This document shows, piece by piece, positions 1 to 9,695 of a stretch of DNA of 64,000 bases (within the stretch, counting starts at the first letter, position 1; every line of letters starts with the position of its first letter). Where the stretch lies: contig JBBIGR010000015.1 in the NCBI GenBank assembly GCA_037447435.1, positions 21,283 to 85,282 on the forward strand. Direction: 5' to 3'. The translations under genes were made by a program, and so were the position numbers. The notes beneath the pieces were generated by a model. That model was given only the letters and a program-made list of their open reading frames with translations, did not search any database and was not told the origin of the DNA. Origin of the DNA: Fibrobacteria bacterium. Lineage in GTDB: Bacteria; Fibrobacterota; Chitinivibrionia; Chitinivibrionales; FEN-1185.

Positions 1-360
1 GGAACGAATGGCGATCCGGTCAAAGGTCTTGCCGCAGACCAAAAATCCGGGCTTTTCGTGTACACAAGCCGTTCCATTTCATTATTTGTAAACGGCGTAC
101 AAATCAAATCGATTTTCAATGCGGATATATCCAACCTCGCCCAATATTCCGACAACGGATCGATGGTTATCGACAATGCAGGTAATTTGCTGTTTATACT
201 AAACGAAATACTGTATAAAATCGACACTGCCGGAACGCTTCTCTTCCGCCATACGCTATCGCCCCTGGTAAACAACATTGCGATCCGGAAATCCGACCAA
301 GCCATTATCCTGACGCAATCAAACGGTATTGTCGCGATATGCAGGCAGTTGACTCCGTAA
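1..360 (+). CDS. 5'-truncated hypothetical protein (beta-propeller-like C-terminus)
   Basis: Frame is open from base 1 to the stop at 360; IDNAGNL/IDTAGTL blade-like repeats. Confidence 0.55.
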   Translation, partial: GTNGDPVKGLAADQKSGLFVYTSRSISLFVNGVQIKSIFNADISNLAQYSDNGSMVIDNAGNLLFILNEILYKIDTAGTLLFRHTLSPLVNNIAIRKSDQAIILTQSNGIVAICRQLTP

Positions 361-375
361 AACGGGGTTTTAATC

Positions 376-407
376 CGCAGGACCATGCGGATGCGCATGA
401 TCCTGCG
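376..407. terminator. 14-bp stem hairpin between convergent genes
   Basis: CGCAGGACCATGCG-GATG-CGCATGATCCTGCG (one mismatch). Confidence 0.45.
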
Positions 408-426
408 ACAAGTCGACGTACACGGT

Positions 427-957
427 TTACGCAGGAGCAATGGTCGTGACGGTCCCCGACGACCCTCGATATTTTAATGCGCCGTTTTGCACGTACAGAA
501 CGCCTCCGCCTGTAGGATTGGCCGATGGAATCGATGCCGAATTCTGTATTCCGATAGCGCCGGACGCGCCCCCGAATTCCGATGAGCATCCGCAAAGCCC
601 GACATTGCCGTTAATGTCGACCTCAATACCCCTGGTGACGCCTGCGGCAATGGTTACGGCCGCGCTTTGCGGATTACCCGTCGTGGCTTCAAAAGACTGT
701 ATCCAATTTCGCCTTGCCTCGGTTGCCAAACGGATAAATTCGTTGCTGTTAACCTTGGAGTCCAGGCCAAGCAGCATTGCCCCCGGTGCCTTGATTTGAA
801 TTTCATTTCCCCCGCCGTTTCCTTTACCGTTTCCGACGGATAATTGCGACGTATCGACCACGGTCAGGACTTCAGACGGAGAATTCGTGCCTATGCCAAC
901 CCTGCCGTTTGTCCCGTCTGTCGAATAGCCCTCGGCTCCCAAATGCAAAGCAGCCAT
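427..957 (-). CDS. hypothetical protein with phage tail-fibre-like motifs
   Basis: ATG at 957 with GGAGG RBS; GRVGIGTNSP and GNVGL motifs; C-terminal NPTGGGVLYVQNGALKYRGSSGTVTTIAPA. Confidence 0.65.
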   Translation of the reverse strand: MAALHLGAEGYSTDGTNGRVGIGTNSPSEVLTVVDTSQLSVGNGKGNGGGNEIQIKAPGAMLLGLDSKVNSNEFIRLATEARRNWIQSFEATTGNPQSAAVTIAAGVTRGIEVDINGNVGLCGCSSEFGGASGAIGIQNSASIPSANPTGGGVLYVQNGALKYRGSSGTVTTIAPA

Positions 958-1500
958 AAAAAAACCTCCGGAAAAAAGTTTAAGTATGCAACAAGCCCGC
1001 ATTAAGCGGTTAACTTTTAAGACAACACGATTCGCCGGCGATTGCGCGCGGTTTCCCTTTCAAAGGGACAATCGTTCTTGGTAAACCGGCATACAAACTT
1101 TACATTTTGCGACAGTATCAATTATACACGCGACAAGGTATGTTTTCAAGGGAAAAATTAATAAAGTGTAATAACTTTGATTACATCCGCGGTAGATCCT
1201 GCTCGGCTATGTTCGATCCATTTATCGCGTATCAACGGGTAATTTTTCTGCGGCTCTCTCAGCGATTTGCATTTACGTCATATTTACACAAGGTATTATC
1301 TGAAACCCCGCTTTTGATACATGTCCCCGGAACAGTTTTTCGGAGGAAGCTCCTTACCTTCCTATTGATGCCCCCCACAGCAATCCCTATGGAAAATAAA
1401 CGGCACATTATTTGCACTTTGTTTCCCCACTCGTACCTCACCATATTTTTTTGATTTGGGAACCTGTAGGAATTTATTCACTTTCACTAAGGAGGAAATC

Positions 1501-1971
1501 ATGGCCACAAAAGCGGCGAAACCCATTCCTGAGGGAATGCACACGGTGACACCTGTTTTGAATTTTAACGGCAATTGCGAAAAAGCCATTGAGTTTTACA
1601 AAAAGGCATTCCAAGCTACCGTCGTCGGCGAAATTGCCAAAGGACCCGGCGGTATGGTTTTGCATGCCCTTATTAAAATCGGCGATGCCAATGTCATGCT
1701 TTCCGATTTGATGGGAAAACAGGATAATCCCGTGGGCCTATACGGAAATATGTGGATATACATCGATGATTGCGATTCGATGTTCAATAAAGCTATTTCA
1801 GCGGGCGCTGTTGCGGTATGGCCGCTTACCGATCAATTTTGGGGAGACCGTGTCGGCGTCATAAAAGACCCTTTTAATCATCAATGGTCTATTGCCACTT
1901 TGAAATTCACCATGTCGCAAGAAGAAATGCAGAAAAAGCAAGACGAGTGGATGAAAACAATGAAATGGTAA
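1501..1971 (+). CDS. VOC/glyoxalase family protein (PhnB-like)
   Basis: AAGGAGG RBS; IPEGMHTVTP, AIEFYKKAF, DQFWGDR..KDPFNHQW motifs. Confidence 0.9.
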   Translation: MATKAAKPIPEGMHTVTPVLNFNGNCEKAIEFYKKAFQATVVGEIAKGPGGMVLHALIKIGDANVMLSDLMGKQDNPVGLYGNMWIYIDDCDSMFNKAISAGAVAVWPLTDQFWGDRVGVIKDPFNHQWSIATLKFTMSQEEMQKKQDEWMKTMKW

Positions 1972-1982
1972 ATCGGTAGGCG

Positions 1983-2014
1983 CGACGCTCCCTCAAACTC
2001 CTGCAGGAGCGTCG
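1983..2014. terminator. hairpin between convergent VOC genes
   Basis: CGACGCTCC ... GGAGCGTCG inverted repeat. Confidence 0.4.
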
Positions 2015-2041
2015 TGCATATCCCTTTCGATGTAAAGCCGG

Positions 2042-2515
2042 TTAGTTTCCGTCGTATGCTTTTTGCAAGCCCGCAATGTCAAGTTTGGTCATTGCAAGCA
2101 TTGCGTTCATCACCCGGCTCGACTTTTGCGGATCCGGATCACCCAGGAGTTTACTGAGTACAGAAGGCACAATTTGCCATGAAAGACCGAATTTGTCCGT
2201 GAGCCACCCGCATTGTCCTTTTGCCCCGCCTTCGGACAATTTTTCCCATAAATTATCGACTTCTTCCTGGGTTTTGCAATCAACATATAAGGATATTGCG
2301 GGTGTGAATTTGAATTCGGGCCCGCCGTTTAATGCCATGAAATCCTGACCTTCGAGTGAAAATGTCGCAGACATTACGGAACCTTTAACTCCGGGCCCGC
2401 TATCGCCATAGCGGCTTATATACCCTTTTTTTGATTTCTTAAAAATGGAAACGTAAAAATTCATAGCTTCTTCGGCTTTTCCATCGAACCATAGAAACGG
2501 CGTGATTTTTTTCAT
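2042..2515 (-). CDS. VOC family protein (3-demethylubiquinone-9 3-methyltransferase/PhnB-like)
   Basis: [38 protein letters not shown] motifs; start placed at MKKITP. Confidence 0.92.
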   Translation of the reverse strand: MKKITPFLWFDGKAEEAMNFYVSIFKKSKKGYISRYGDSGPGVKGSVMSATFSLEGQDFMALNGGPEFKFTPAISLYVDCKTQEEVDNLWEKLSEGGAKGQCGWLTDKFGLSWQIVPSVLSKLLGDPDPQKSSRVMNAMLAMTKLDIAGLQKAYDGN

Positions 2516-2762
2516 GATTTTTCTCCTTTGCGCCCGCATTAATTAAAAGGAATAAATAACAGCAAAAAACAAGCCACCTATCGGTCCCTATTCACGCTTG
2601 ACCGTATTCGGGACTCGACGCAATTATCAAGATACTTGTCGGAAACCCGGTTATTCTATATAATTGGGCGCAAGCCAGTCTTTCGCCTGATCATGCGCCT
2701 ATAGAGGGCGTATTGGAAGTCATGGATTTCGAATGGCATATATTCTTGCAAAACCGGCTTAT

Positions 2763-3062
2763 TTACCACCGATTGTTCTGAACGTTGGGCCTTCCGCTAC
2801 GCTGGCTTCCCTCTGCCCGCGGCCGGGCTTCGTTGACCGTTATGGCGCGGCCTTCAACTTCTTTTCCATTGCAACCGGCAATCGCTGCAAGCGCTTCCTG
2901 CTCGGTTCCCATTTCAACAAATGCGAAACCTTTTGAACGGCCTGTTTCGTGATCTTTTATTACCGATGCGGAGGTAACCGAACCGTACGATTCAAAAAGC
3001 GTCCTAATCCCGGCTTCGGCAATATTGTAGGATAAATTTCCCACATATAACTTATTTCCCAT
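2763..3062 (-). CDS. RRM RNA-binding protein
   Basis: RNP2 LYVGNL and RNP1 KGFAFVEM; AAGGAG RBS. Confidence 0.95.
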   Translation of the reverse strand: MGNKLYVGNLSYNIAEAGIRTLFESYGSVTSASVIKDHETGRSKGFAFVEMGTEQEALAAIAGCNGKEVEGRAITVNEARPRAEGSQRSGRPNVQNNRW

Positions 3063-3146
3063 TGAAACACTCCTTTGAAGAGAAGGTAAAAATATGGCTG
3101 CGATGCAGCTGTTTTTCTCGGGACATACAACCTCCCGAGAACATCG

Positions 3147-4655
3147 TTATCGGTCGTTGACCGCCAGTTCGGTTTTTTCCGCAGGTTCGATTTTATTTTT
3201 CACTTTTTGTATTATCTTTTGAAAAGCAATACGCTCCTGTTTTCTGCCTTCCAACTCGCACAACGATTGTTGGGCAATCCTTTGGGTTTCGAGCTCGGTC
3301 GGCACATGGCCGTTATTGAAAAGTTTTTTCGACGCGTCATTTGCATATTCGGAATATTCTTTCGAATATTCGGAAATGTGCTCGTATAAACTCGAGACAA
3401 GTCTTGTCGCTCCGCCGCCGCAAGTTTCGTGATAATCAACTTCCTTCAAAATGTCGCGCAGAACATCGGGATTGTCGATCATAAGGCAGGGCAACAAAAG
3501 GTTTTTATTATACGGCTGCCGTTTGCGTATCGCATTAAAAAGCGGGGACTTTGTCAACGTATCGAACAGGCCGCTTGTATGGATGTTTTCAACCGCAATC
3601 TGACAGAAGACGCACGGTTCGATGTCTCCGCGATGATTGACATGCAAATACCCTCGGCCTCCCGCAATACAACCGCCGGAATACCAACCGTCGTTCCAGA
3701 AATCGATAAGGAAAAGCGAGAATTTTCTCCGTAATTCTATCATGCGATAGAACCGGTATATTCGCTGCTCCGGGGTCGGCACCAGATCGAGGTCCGGTGC
3801 GCGGCCGATAGGCATGTACTGAAAATACCATCCAAAACAGGCACCTTGTCTTTGGTAAAATTCGACGAATCGGTCGTCCATGATAAGTTCGTTGTTTTCA
3901 CGCGTGGCTGTTGCGGAAAAGCCGAACGGCAAACCAGCTTCCCGCATGTTTTGAAAAGCGGCCAAAACCTTTTTAAAATGCCCTTTTCCTCTTCGACGAT
4001 CGGTTTCCTCTTCATATCCCTCGACGCTGATGCATAAATTTACATTGCCTAATGCCGCGAGACGTTGTGTAGTCACCGTGTCCAAAAGAATGCCCGATGT
4101 ATAAATTTGAAACCAGCAATCGCCGTGCTTTTCAATAATATCAAACAACTGCGGATAGACAAAGGGCTCTCCTCCGGTGATGACGAAAAAATAAAGCCCC
4201 ATCGAATTTGCTTCCGTAATCAACCTGTCGACGACGTCGAACTCCAAATCGGAATCTTTTGCATATTGGGCCGAATAGCAGCCCGAGCAGCGAAGGTTGC
4301 ATTTCATAGTCGGACTGATCACCACGGTTTCGGGTATTTCGATTCCGAGCCGTTTTTTTAATTTCCCGCGCATTGCGGCGCCCTTGACGCATTCGTTAAT
4401 GAAGAAATTTTGATTTAGTTTCTTTTGCACGATCGGATTGAACCCGCGTATCGATTTTTTCAAAGCGATCATGGTATTTTCCAGATAGGTTTGTACGTAC
4501 GGTGTGTGACCTAAGTCAAGCAGGCCGCGGGTAGTGCGCCGAATGACCGCATCAGGCAGAAAAGGATACAGTTTAAATACCTTTGACAATAACTCGCTGT
4601 TGATCGAGGTTGCCGCTTTTTCGAAAAGATTAAGCTGATATTGCTTCGTAGGCAT
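3147..4655 (-). CDS. radical SAM protein with SPASM/twitch-type C-terminal domain
   Basis: CNLRCSGC, TGGEP, GCIAGGRGYLHVNHRGDIEPCVFC. Confidence 0.9.
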   Translation of the reverse strand: MPTKQYQLNLFEKAATSINSELLSKVFKLYPFLPDAVIRRTTRGLLDLGHTPYVQTYLENTMIALKKSIRGFNPIVQKKLNQNFFINECVKGAAMRGKLKKRLGIEIPETVVISPTMKCNLRCSGCYSAQYAKDSDLEFDVVDRLITEANSMGLYFFVITGGEPFVYPQLFDIIEKHGDCWFQIYTSGILLDTVTTQRLAALGNVNLCISVEGYEEETDRRRGKGHFKKVLAAFQNMREAGLPFGFSATATRENNELIMDDRFVEFYQRQGACFGWYFQYMPIGRAPDLDLVPTPEQRIYRFYRMIELRRKFSLFLIDFWNDGWYSGGCIAGGRGYLHVNHRGDIEPCVFCQIAVENIHTSGLFDTLTKSPLFNAIRKRQPYNKNLLLPCLMIDNPDVLRDILKEVDYHETCGGGATRLVSSLYEHISEYSKEYSEYANDASKKLFNNGHVPTELETQRIAQQSLCELEGRKQERIAFQKIIQKVKNKIEPAEKTELAVNDR

Positions 4656-4764
4656 AGTAAACCTTTCGTTAGAGTTAGGTCGCTATGAATGGCAAAGTTG
4701 CCCAAATACGATATTTTATAAAAAGTGATTTGCCTTGTGTTGTCCGGGATTGCGCATTATTCAC

Positions 4765-4780
4765 GCAAACGGTATGCCTA
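4765..4780 (-). promoter_or_regulatory. putative sigma54 -24/-12 promoter
   Basis: Minus strand TAGGCATACCGTTTGC = GG-N10-GC, about 110 nt upstream of the radical SAM gene. Confidence 0.5.
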
Positions 4781-4956
4781 AAGCGATAATTGGCGGAAAC
4801 CGAATGATCTATATATAAACGGGGAATTTTTATCGTATCCTGATGGGTTTTATAATCCGCTTCGCATTAACTTTTCCATTTTTAATAAAAATAATTCCGA
4901 TTGTGGGAAAAATTGACGCATTAGCGGTAAATCAACTACCCATACCCCGTTACTAA

Positions 4957-6177
4957 TTATTCGTACCTGAGCGCGTCGATCGGGTTCAGCGACGCGGCTT
5001 TTCGCGCAGGATACCAGCCGAAGAAAATGCCGGTGGCTGCGGAAAAACCGAATCCCAAAAGCAGGGAAAATGCGGAAATGGATATGGGCCAACCTTGACT
5101 TTTGGAAATAATCCATGAAACGCCCGCGCCGGCAATCATCCCAAGAATACCGCCGAGGAAACTGAGCACAAGCGCTTCGACCAGGAACTGTAAAAGCACG
5201 TCGCGCCCTTTTGCGCCGACTGCCATGCGAATGCCGATTTCCCGCGTCCGTTCGGTCACCGATACAAGCATGATATTCATGATGCCGATTCCGCCGACTA
5301 GTAGCGACACCATCGCAATGCTTGCCAAAAGAATACTTAAGGTCTGGGCGGTTTGGTTTGCGGCATTGCTGATGTCGGTTTGCGTGCGGATCGTATAATC
5401 GACGCCGTCGCCCTGGCTGCCTTTACGACGATCCTTTAGCACCTGATTGACTTCCTGACGAGCTTCCTCGACCTGGTCTATGGATACGGCGGACGCCAGC
5501 AGGTTTCCGGCATACGTTGCCCCGAGCAATTTTTTCTGAATCGTGGAAAACGGCGCAATGATGCAATCGTCCTGGTCCTGACCTCCGGCATTTTGACCTT
5601 TACCTATAAGTGTGCCGACAACGGTAAACGGAAGGTTTTTGATACGGATGATTTGACCGACCGGATTGGCTCCCGCACCGAATATGTTTGTTATGACCGT
5701 TTGACCAAGAAGACATACTTTGGTTGCGCCGCGTTCATCGGCGTCGGTGTAACACACGCCGGACTCAAGATCCCAATCGCGGACCTTGATATATGTCGGG
5801 TACGCACCGTAAATCGAAGTGCGCCAATTTTGTCCTCCGGCCTTGACCTGTGCGCTCGTGCGCGCCATGGGAGTCGAATACATCACTGCGGGACATTGCG
5901 CTTTAATTGCTACCGCATCGTCTTCGGAGAGCCTCGATGCGGTGCCGGCCTCGCTGCGAACACCGCCGGCCGTGAAAGCGCCCGGAAAAATCATGAGAAG
6001 ATTCGTGCCCAAACTTGCTATTTGCGAATTGATCATATTTTGCGCGCCCTGGCCGATCGCAAGCATCGCGATGACTGCGGCGACGCCGATGACAATGCCC
6101 AACATGGTAAGGAAAGAGCGGAGTTTATTCCGGTTGATGGATCGAGCCGCCATGCGAAGAATACTGAATATGCGCAT
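4957..6177 (-). CDS. MacB-type ABC transporter permease
   Basis: RSFLTMLGIVIGVAAV, GGIGIMNIMLVSVTERTREIGIR, YPARKAASLNPIDALRYE. Confidence 0.95.
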   Translation of the reverse strand: MRIFSILRMAARSINRNKLRSFLTMLGIVIGVAAVIAMLAIGQGAQNMINSQIASLGTNLLMIFPGAFTAGGVRSEAGTASRLSEDDAVAIKAQCPAVMYSTPMARTSAQVKAGGQNWRTSIYGAYPTYIKVRDWDLESGVCYTDADERGATKVCLLGQTVITNIFGAGANPVGQIIRIKNLPFTVVGTLIGKGQNAGGQDQDDCIIAPFSTIQKKLLGATYAGNLLASAVSIDQVEEARQEVNQVLKDRRKGSQGDGVDYTIRTQTDISNAANQTAQTLSILLASIAMVSLLVGGIGIMNIMLVSVTERTREIGIRMAVGAKGRDVLLQFLVEALVLSFLGGILGMIAGAGVSWIISKSQGWPISISAFSLLLGFGFSAATGIFFGWYPARKAASLNPIDALRYE

Positions 6178-6182
6178 CGTGA

Positions 6183-6917
6183 TTAACTCCTTACCGCTGA
6201 GAGTTCCGTTGCCGCGTTCCGCGGTTCGGTAACGAGCGCGTCGGACAAGATGTTGCCGTCGCGGAATACGACGTTTCGCTTGGCGTACTGCGCTATATCC
6301 TGTTCATGCGTGACAAGGACAACCGTTATTCCCTGACCGTTGAGCCGTTGAAAAACCGCCATGATTTCGATGCTGATATGGGTGTCCAGGTTTCCCGTCG
6401 GCTCGTCGGCAAGAATGAGAACCGGTTCGTTGACAATAGATCGTGCGATCGCCACGCGTTGCTGCTGGCCGCCGGAAAGCTGATTTGAAAAATGATGCGC
6501 GCGCTCTTTTAGGCCGACGATGTCCAGCGCGGCAAGCGCGCGTTTATGGGACTCGCGCGGGGTAACCGTGTGATTGTATAACATGGGAAGTTCGACGTTT
6601 TCGATTGCCGAGGTTCTCGAAAGCAAATTGAAGGACTGAAATACGAAACCGAGTTTACGGTTGCGAAGATCGGCAAGTTCGTCGCGCGAGAGTTTGGATA
6701 CCTCGATGCCGTCGAGCAGGTACGAGCCTGCCGTGGGAACGTCCAGGCAACCGAGGATGTTCATGAGTGTTGATTTCCCGGAACCGCTGGCCCCCATAAT
6801 CGCGACGAAATCGCCTTTATGAATATCCAGACTGACGTCCTTCAAGGCATTGACCGTTGTCTCACCCATGACGTAGGCTTTTGAAATGGAACGAAGCGAT
6901 ATTATTGGTTGCGACAT
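6183..6917 (-). CDS. MacB/LolD-type ABC ATP-binding protein
   Basis: Walker [28 protein letters not shown]. Confidence 0.95.
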   Translation of the reverse strand: MSQPIISLRSISKAYVMGETTVNALKDVSLDIHKGDFVAIMGASGSGKSTLMNILGCLDVPTAGSYLLDGIEVSKLSRDELADLRNRKLGFVFQSFNLLSRTSAIENVELPMLYNHTVTPRESHKRALAALDIVGLKERAHHFSNQLSGGQQQRVAIARSIVNEPVLILADEPTGNLDTHISIEIMAVFQRLNGQGITVVLVTHEQDIAQYAKRNVVFRDGNILSDALVTEPRNAATELSAVRS

Positions 6918-6919
6918 GG

Positions 6920-8227
6920 TCAGAATCTTCTTCCCATTCCCGGAGGTCCGCCGCCGCCCATCGGTAGCGTCGCCGCCGCCTTTGTCTTGTCGTTGCTCAT
7001 ACTGCCGACAATGACCGGCTGACCGGGTTCCAAATCCCCTTCGACTTCCGTAAACCCTCCGTTGGAAAGACCTACCTTGACCGCGACGCGTTCGGGTTTG
7101 CCGTCTTTTAAAATAAAGACCCTTCCCTTAGTCGGATCGTCCTGTCTTTTCCACTGGCCTTGCATATGCCCTGCCTGCGAGGAATCGCCATGCAGACCGC
7201 CGCGACCGTGAGGAAGGGCTGCAGTGTCGCGCATGGCGAATTGTCCATGCTTTCCTGCTGCGGAAGAATCGGCCCCGTGCATTTTGCGCCATTTCTCCGC
7301 TGCGCCGGGCGGAAGCGGAGGCATGAATTTAAGTGCGGCGGCCGGTACGGTCAAAACATTTTCCACTTTTTGCACCTCGACGGTGACATTGGCGGTCATA
7401 CCGGGCAATAACGCCAAATCGCTATTGTCAAGGTCGATCATTACGGTGTACGAAACGACGTTTTGTACGGTTGTCGGCTGCAGTCTGATTTGCGATACGA
7501 CGCCTTTAAAGGTTCTCGACGGATAAGCGTCGACCGTAAACGTTGCGGTCTGACCAATCTTGACTTGTCCGATATCCGCTTCGTCGATGCTTGCCTGAAC
7601 CTGCATTTTCGACAAATCGTCGGCAATCGTGAAGATGGTCGGCGTGTTGAAACTCGCGGCAACGGTCTGCCCGACATCAACACTTCTGTTGACCACGACC
7701 CCGGTGATCGGCGAAACAATGGTTGCATATTGGAGATTGATCTTCGCACGATCGAGTCCTGCCTTGGCGGAACTGAGCTGCGCGGCGGCTGCGGAGGAAT
7801 CGGCCACCGCCTGATCGAGATCGGCCTGGGCAACAAGGCCTTTGGCAAAAAGGGCGCGCGTACGGTCGCTGGTCTGTTTTGTCAATATCATCTGGGACTG
7901 GGCCTTTAAAAGGGTCGCGCGGGCGTCCTGCACCGCGGCAAACAACAGCGTCGTATCCAACAGGGCGACAATCTGCCCTTTTTTTACATGTGAATTATAA
8001 TCGACAAAAAGCTTGGCAACGGTACCGCTCACCTGGGTTCCGACCTGCACGTTGAAATGCGGGTTGACCGTTCCCGTCGCGGTTACCTGCACCTTGACGT
8101 CCCCGCGTTCCACGGGTGCCGTGCGCCACGCGACGGGCGCCTTATGATGCGCCATGAAGAAATAAATACCCGTAGCCGCTGCTAAGACGAGGACGGCAAT
8201 GACGCCAACCCAAATCTTCTTCGACAT
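6920..8227 (-). CDS. efflux periplasmic adaptor (MacA-like)
   Basis: N-terminal TM; QVGTQVSG, SPITGVV..GQTVAAS, DEADIG; start placed at MSKKIW with GGAG RBS. Confidence 0.92.
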   Translation of the reverse strand: MSKKIWVGVIAVLVLAAATGIYFFMAHHKAPVAWRTAPVERGDVKVQVTATGTVNPHFNVQVGTQVSGTVAKLFVDYNSHVKKGQIVALLDTTLLFAAVQDARATLLKAQSQMILTKQTSDRTRALFAKGLVAQADLDQAVADSSAAAAQLSSAKAGLDRAKINLQYATIVSPITGVVVNRSVDVGQTVAASFNTPTIFTIADDLSKMQVQASIDEADIGQVKIGQTATFTVDAYPSRTFKGVVSQIRLQPTTVQNVVSYTVMIDLDNSDLALLPGMTANVTVEVQKVENVLTVPAAALKFMPPLPPGAAEKWRKMHGADSSAAGKHGQFAMRDTAALPHGRGGLHGDSSQAGHMQGQWKRQDDPTKGRVFILKDGKPERVAVKVGLSNGGFTEVEGDLEPGQPVIVGSMSNDKTKAAATLPMGGGGPPGMGRRF

Positions 8228-8237
8228 AATTTCTCCT

Positions 8238-9524
8238 TTATCTACTTTCCGTTTCGCCCATTGCCGCAACGAGTTTGGCATGTGCCGTCCGATAATCGTA
8301 CAAAGCCTGCGCATGACTGCTTTTCGCATTTGCAAGGGCCAATTCGGCGTCCGTGACTTCGAGCGACGCCGCAGATCCTGCGGCAAACCGTTCTTGTGCA
8401 AGCGTCAAGGAAAGTTGCGACGATTGGATGAGCTTTTGCGTTGCGAGTATCCGTTCCGCAGCTTCGATTTTAGTGTAATAATCCTGGTCTATTTCCGATT
8501 GAATGCTTTGCGTATTTGCATCGAGCACCGCTTTTGCATTGTCGACGGATGCCTGTGCCGATTGCACCGCAGCCACGAGAGCGCCCCCCTGAAAAATCGG
8601 AACCGAAAGGTTTAATCCGATGTTCCAATCCTGTTGCCATGTCGAGGCATCGATATCCCGTGAAGAATATCCGATACCCGCATTCGTATTGAGATCCGGC
8701 AGCAATGCGGATTTCGCGGATGCTACCTGGGCACGCGCCGCATCGAGCTTTGCCCGCAGCGACAGGAGTTGGGGGCGGGAAGCGACTGCGCGGTCGAGGG
8801 CCGTTTTCCTATCGATGTCGGGTTCCGTTGACTCGAGACTGTCGGAAAGCCGCAAGGAATCGTGTAAATTGACGCCTGCGGCGACTTCCATTTGGACCTT
8901 CGCGAGTTTTACATTGCTTTTGGCGGTAATGACGTTGACCGAAGCGTTTGCCGCGTCGACTTCGGCCGATGCGACGGTGTATTGGGCCTGTTTTCCCGTT
9001 TCGACAAGGATTTTTGCCTGGTCCAGATGCGCCTGGGCCTGGGAAAGCGCCTCGGCCGAGACCTCGAGAAGTTTCAGGGAAAGCAAATAATTGAAATATG
9101 CCGTTTTGGCATTGACCACCACGGAAAGCAATGCGCTCAACGAATCGTTCACCGAGGCCGTTATCAGGTTCGAATTTGCTTTATTTGAATAATATGATTT
9201 GCCGAAATCGAAAATAAGCTGTTGCGCCGAAATACCCGCAGAATAATTATTGCCATAATAATCAACGCCGTTCGCTAGAGACGACGACGACATGGAACGG
9301 GCCGCCTGCGCCTGACCGCTTACCTGGGGTAATAATCGGGACCGAGACGATTTCCATGCTGCGGTTTGCGAGGCAATAGCAGCATTTGCAATTCTCATCT
9401 GCGGGTTCTGTTTTTTCGCAAGGTTGATATAAGAATCAAGACTTAACGGTTCTGCAGATTGAGAAAATGCCCGACAAAAAACGAAAAAAATCGATCCTAT
9501 CAAATAAACTGCCGTATTCCGCAT
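8238..9524 (-). CDS. TolC family outer membrane efflux protein
   Basis: Signal peptide, two OEP repeats (LLPQVS/LLPDLN, LSVPIFQGG); first gene of a MacAB operon. Confidence 0.92.
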   Translation of the reverse strand: MRNTAVYLIGSIFFVFCRAFSQSAEPLSLDSYINLAKKQNPQMRIANAAIASQTAAWKSSRSRLLPQVSGQAQAARSMSSSSLANGVDYYGNNYSAGISAQQLIFDFGKSYYSNKANSNLITASVNDSLSALLSVVVNAKTAYFNYLLSLKLLEVSAEALSQAQAHLDQAKILVETGKQAQYTVASAEVDAANASVNVITAKSNVKLAKVQMEVAAGVNLHDSLRLSDSLESTEPDIDRKTALDRAVASRPQLLSLRAKLDAARAQVASAKSALLPDLNTNAGIGYSSRDIDASTWQQDWNIGLNLSVPIFQGGALVAAVQSAQASVDNAKAVLDANTQSIQSEIDQDYYTKIEAAERILATQKLIQSSQLSLTLAQERFAAGSAASLEVTDAELALANAKSSHAQALYDYRTAHAKLVAAMGETESR

Positions 9525-9638
9525 GGAAATTCTCCAACCCTTTATATTTATTTCCGGTTTCTAAACCTATTTGACTATTAGCGGGCGCGAATTGTTACAA
9601 ATTATTATTTTCACACCGACCTGCATTATCCACACCCA

Positions 9639-9655
9639 TGCAACAACCGTGCCCT
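9639..9655 (-). promoter_or_regulatory. putative sigma54 -24/-12 promoter
   Basis: Minus strand AGGGCACGGTTGTTGCA = GG-N10-GC, about 115 nt upstream of the TolC gene. Confidence 0.6.
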
Positions 9656-9695
9656 ATTTTTATACGGCATGTTTGGCGGATGGGTGGCATGGTCT

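Noticed and set aside
1039..1074. GAAA-containing hairpin upstream of the tail-fibre-like gene as a c-di-GMP riboswitch
   Set aside because: Lacks the GGCAAAC and GACGCAAAG conserved segments; only a generic stem-loop
2734..2750. TGGCATATATTCTTGCA, sigma54-like
   Set aside because: Spacing is GG-N11-GC and it points into the 3' end of an opposite-strand gene
4850..5116. 88-aa ORF as a radical SAM precursor peptide
   Set aside because: Overlaps the permease in another frame, with no RBS or precursor-like features
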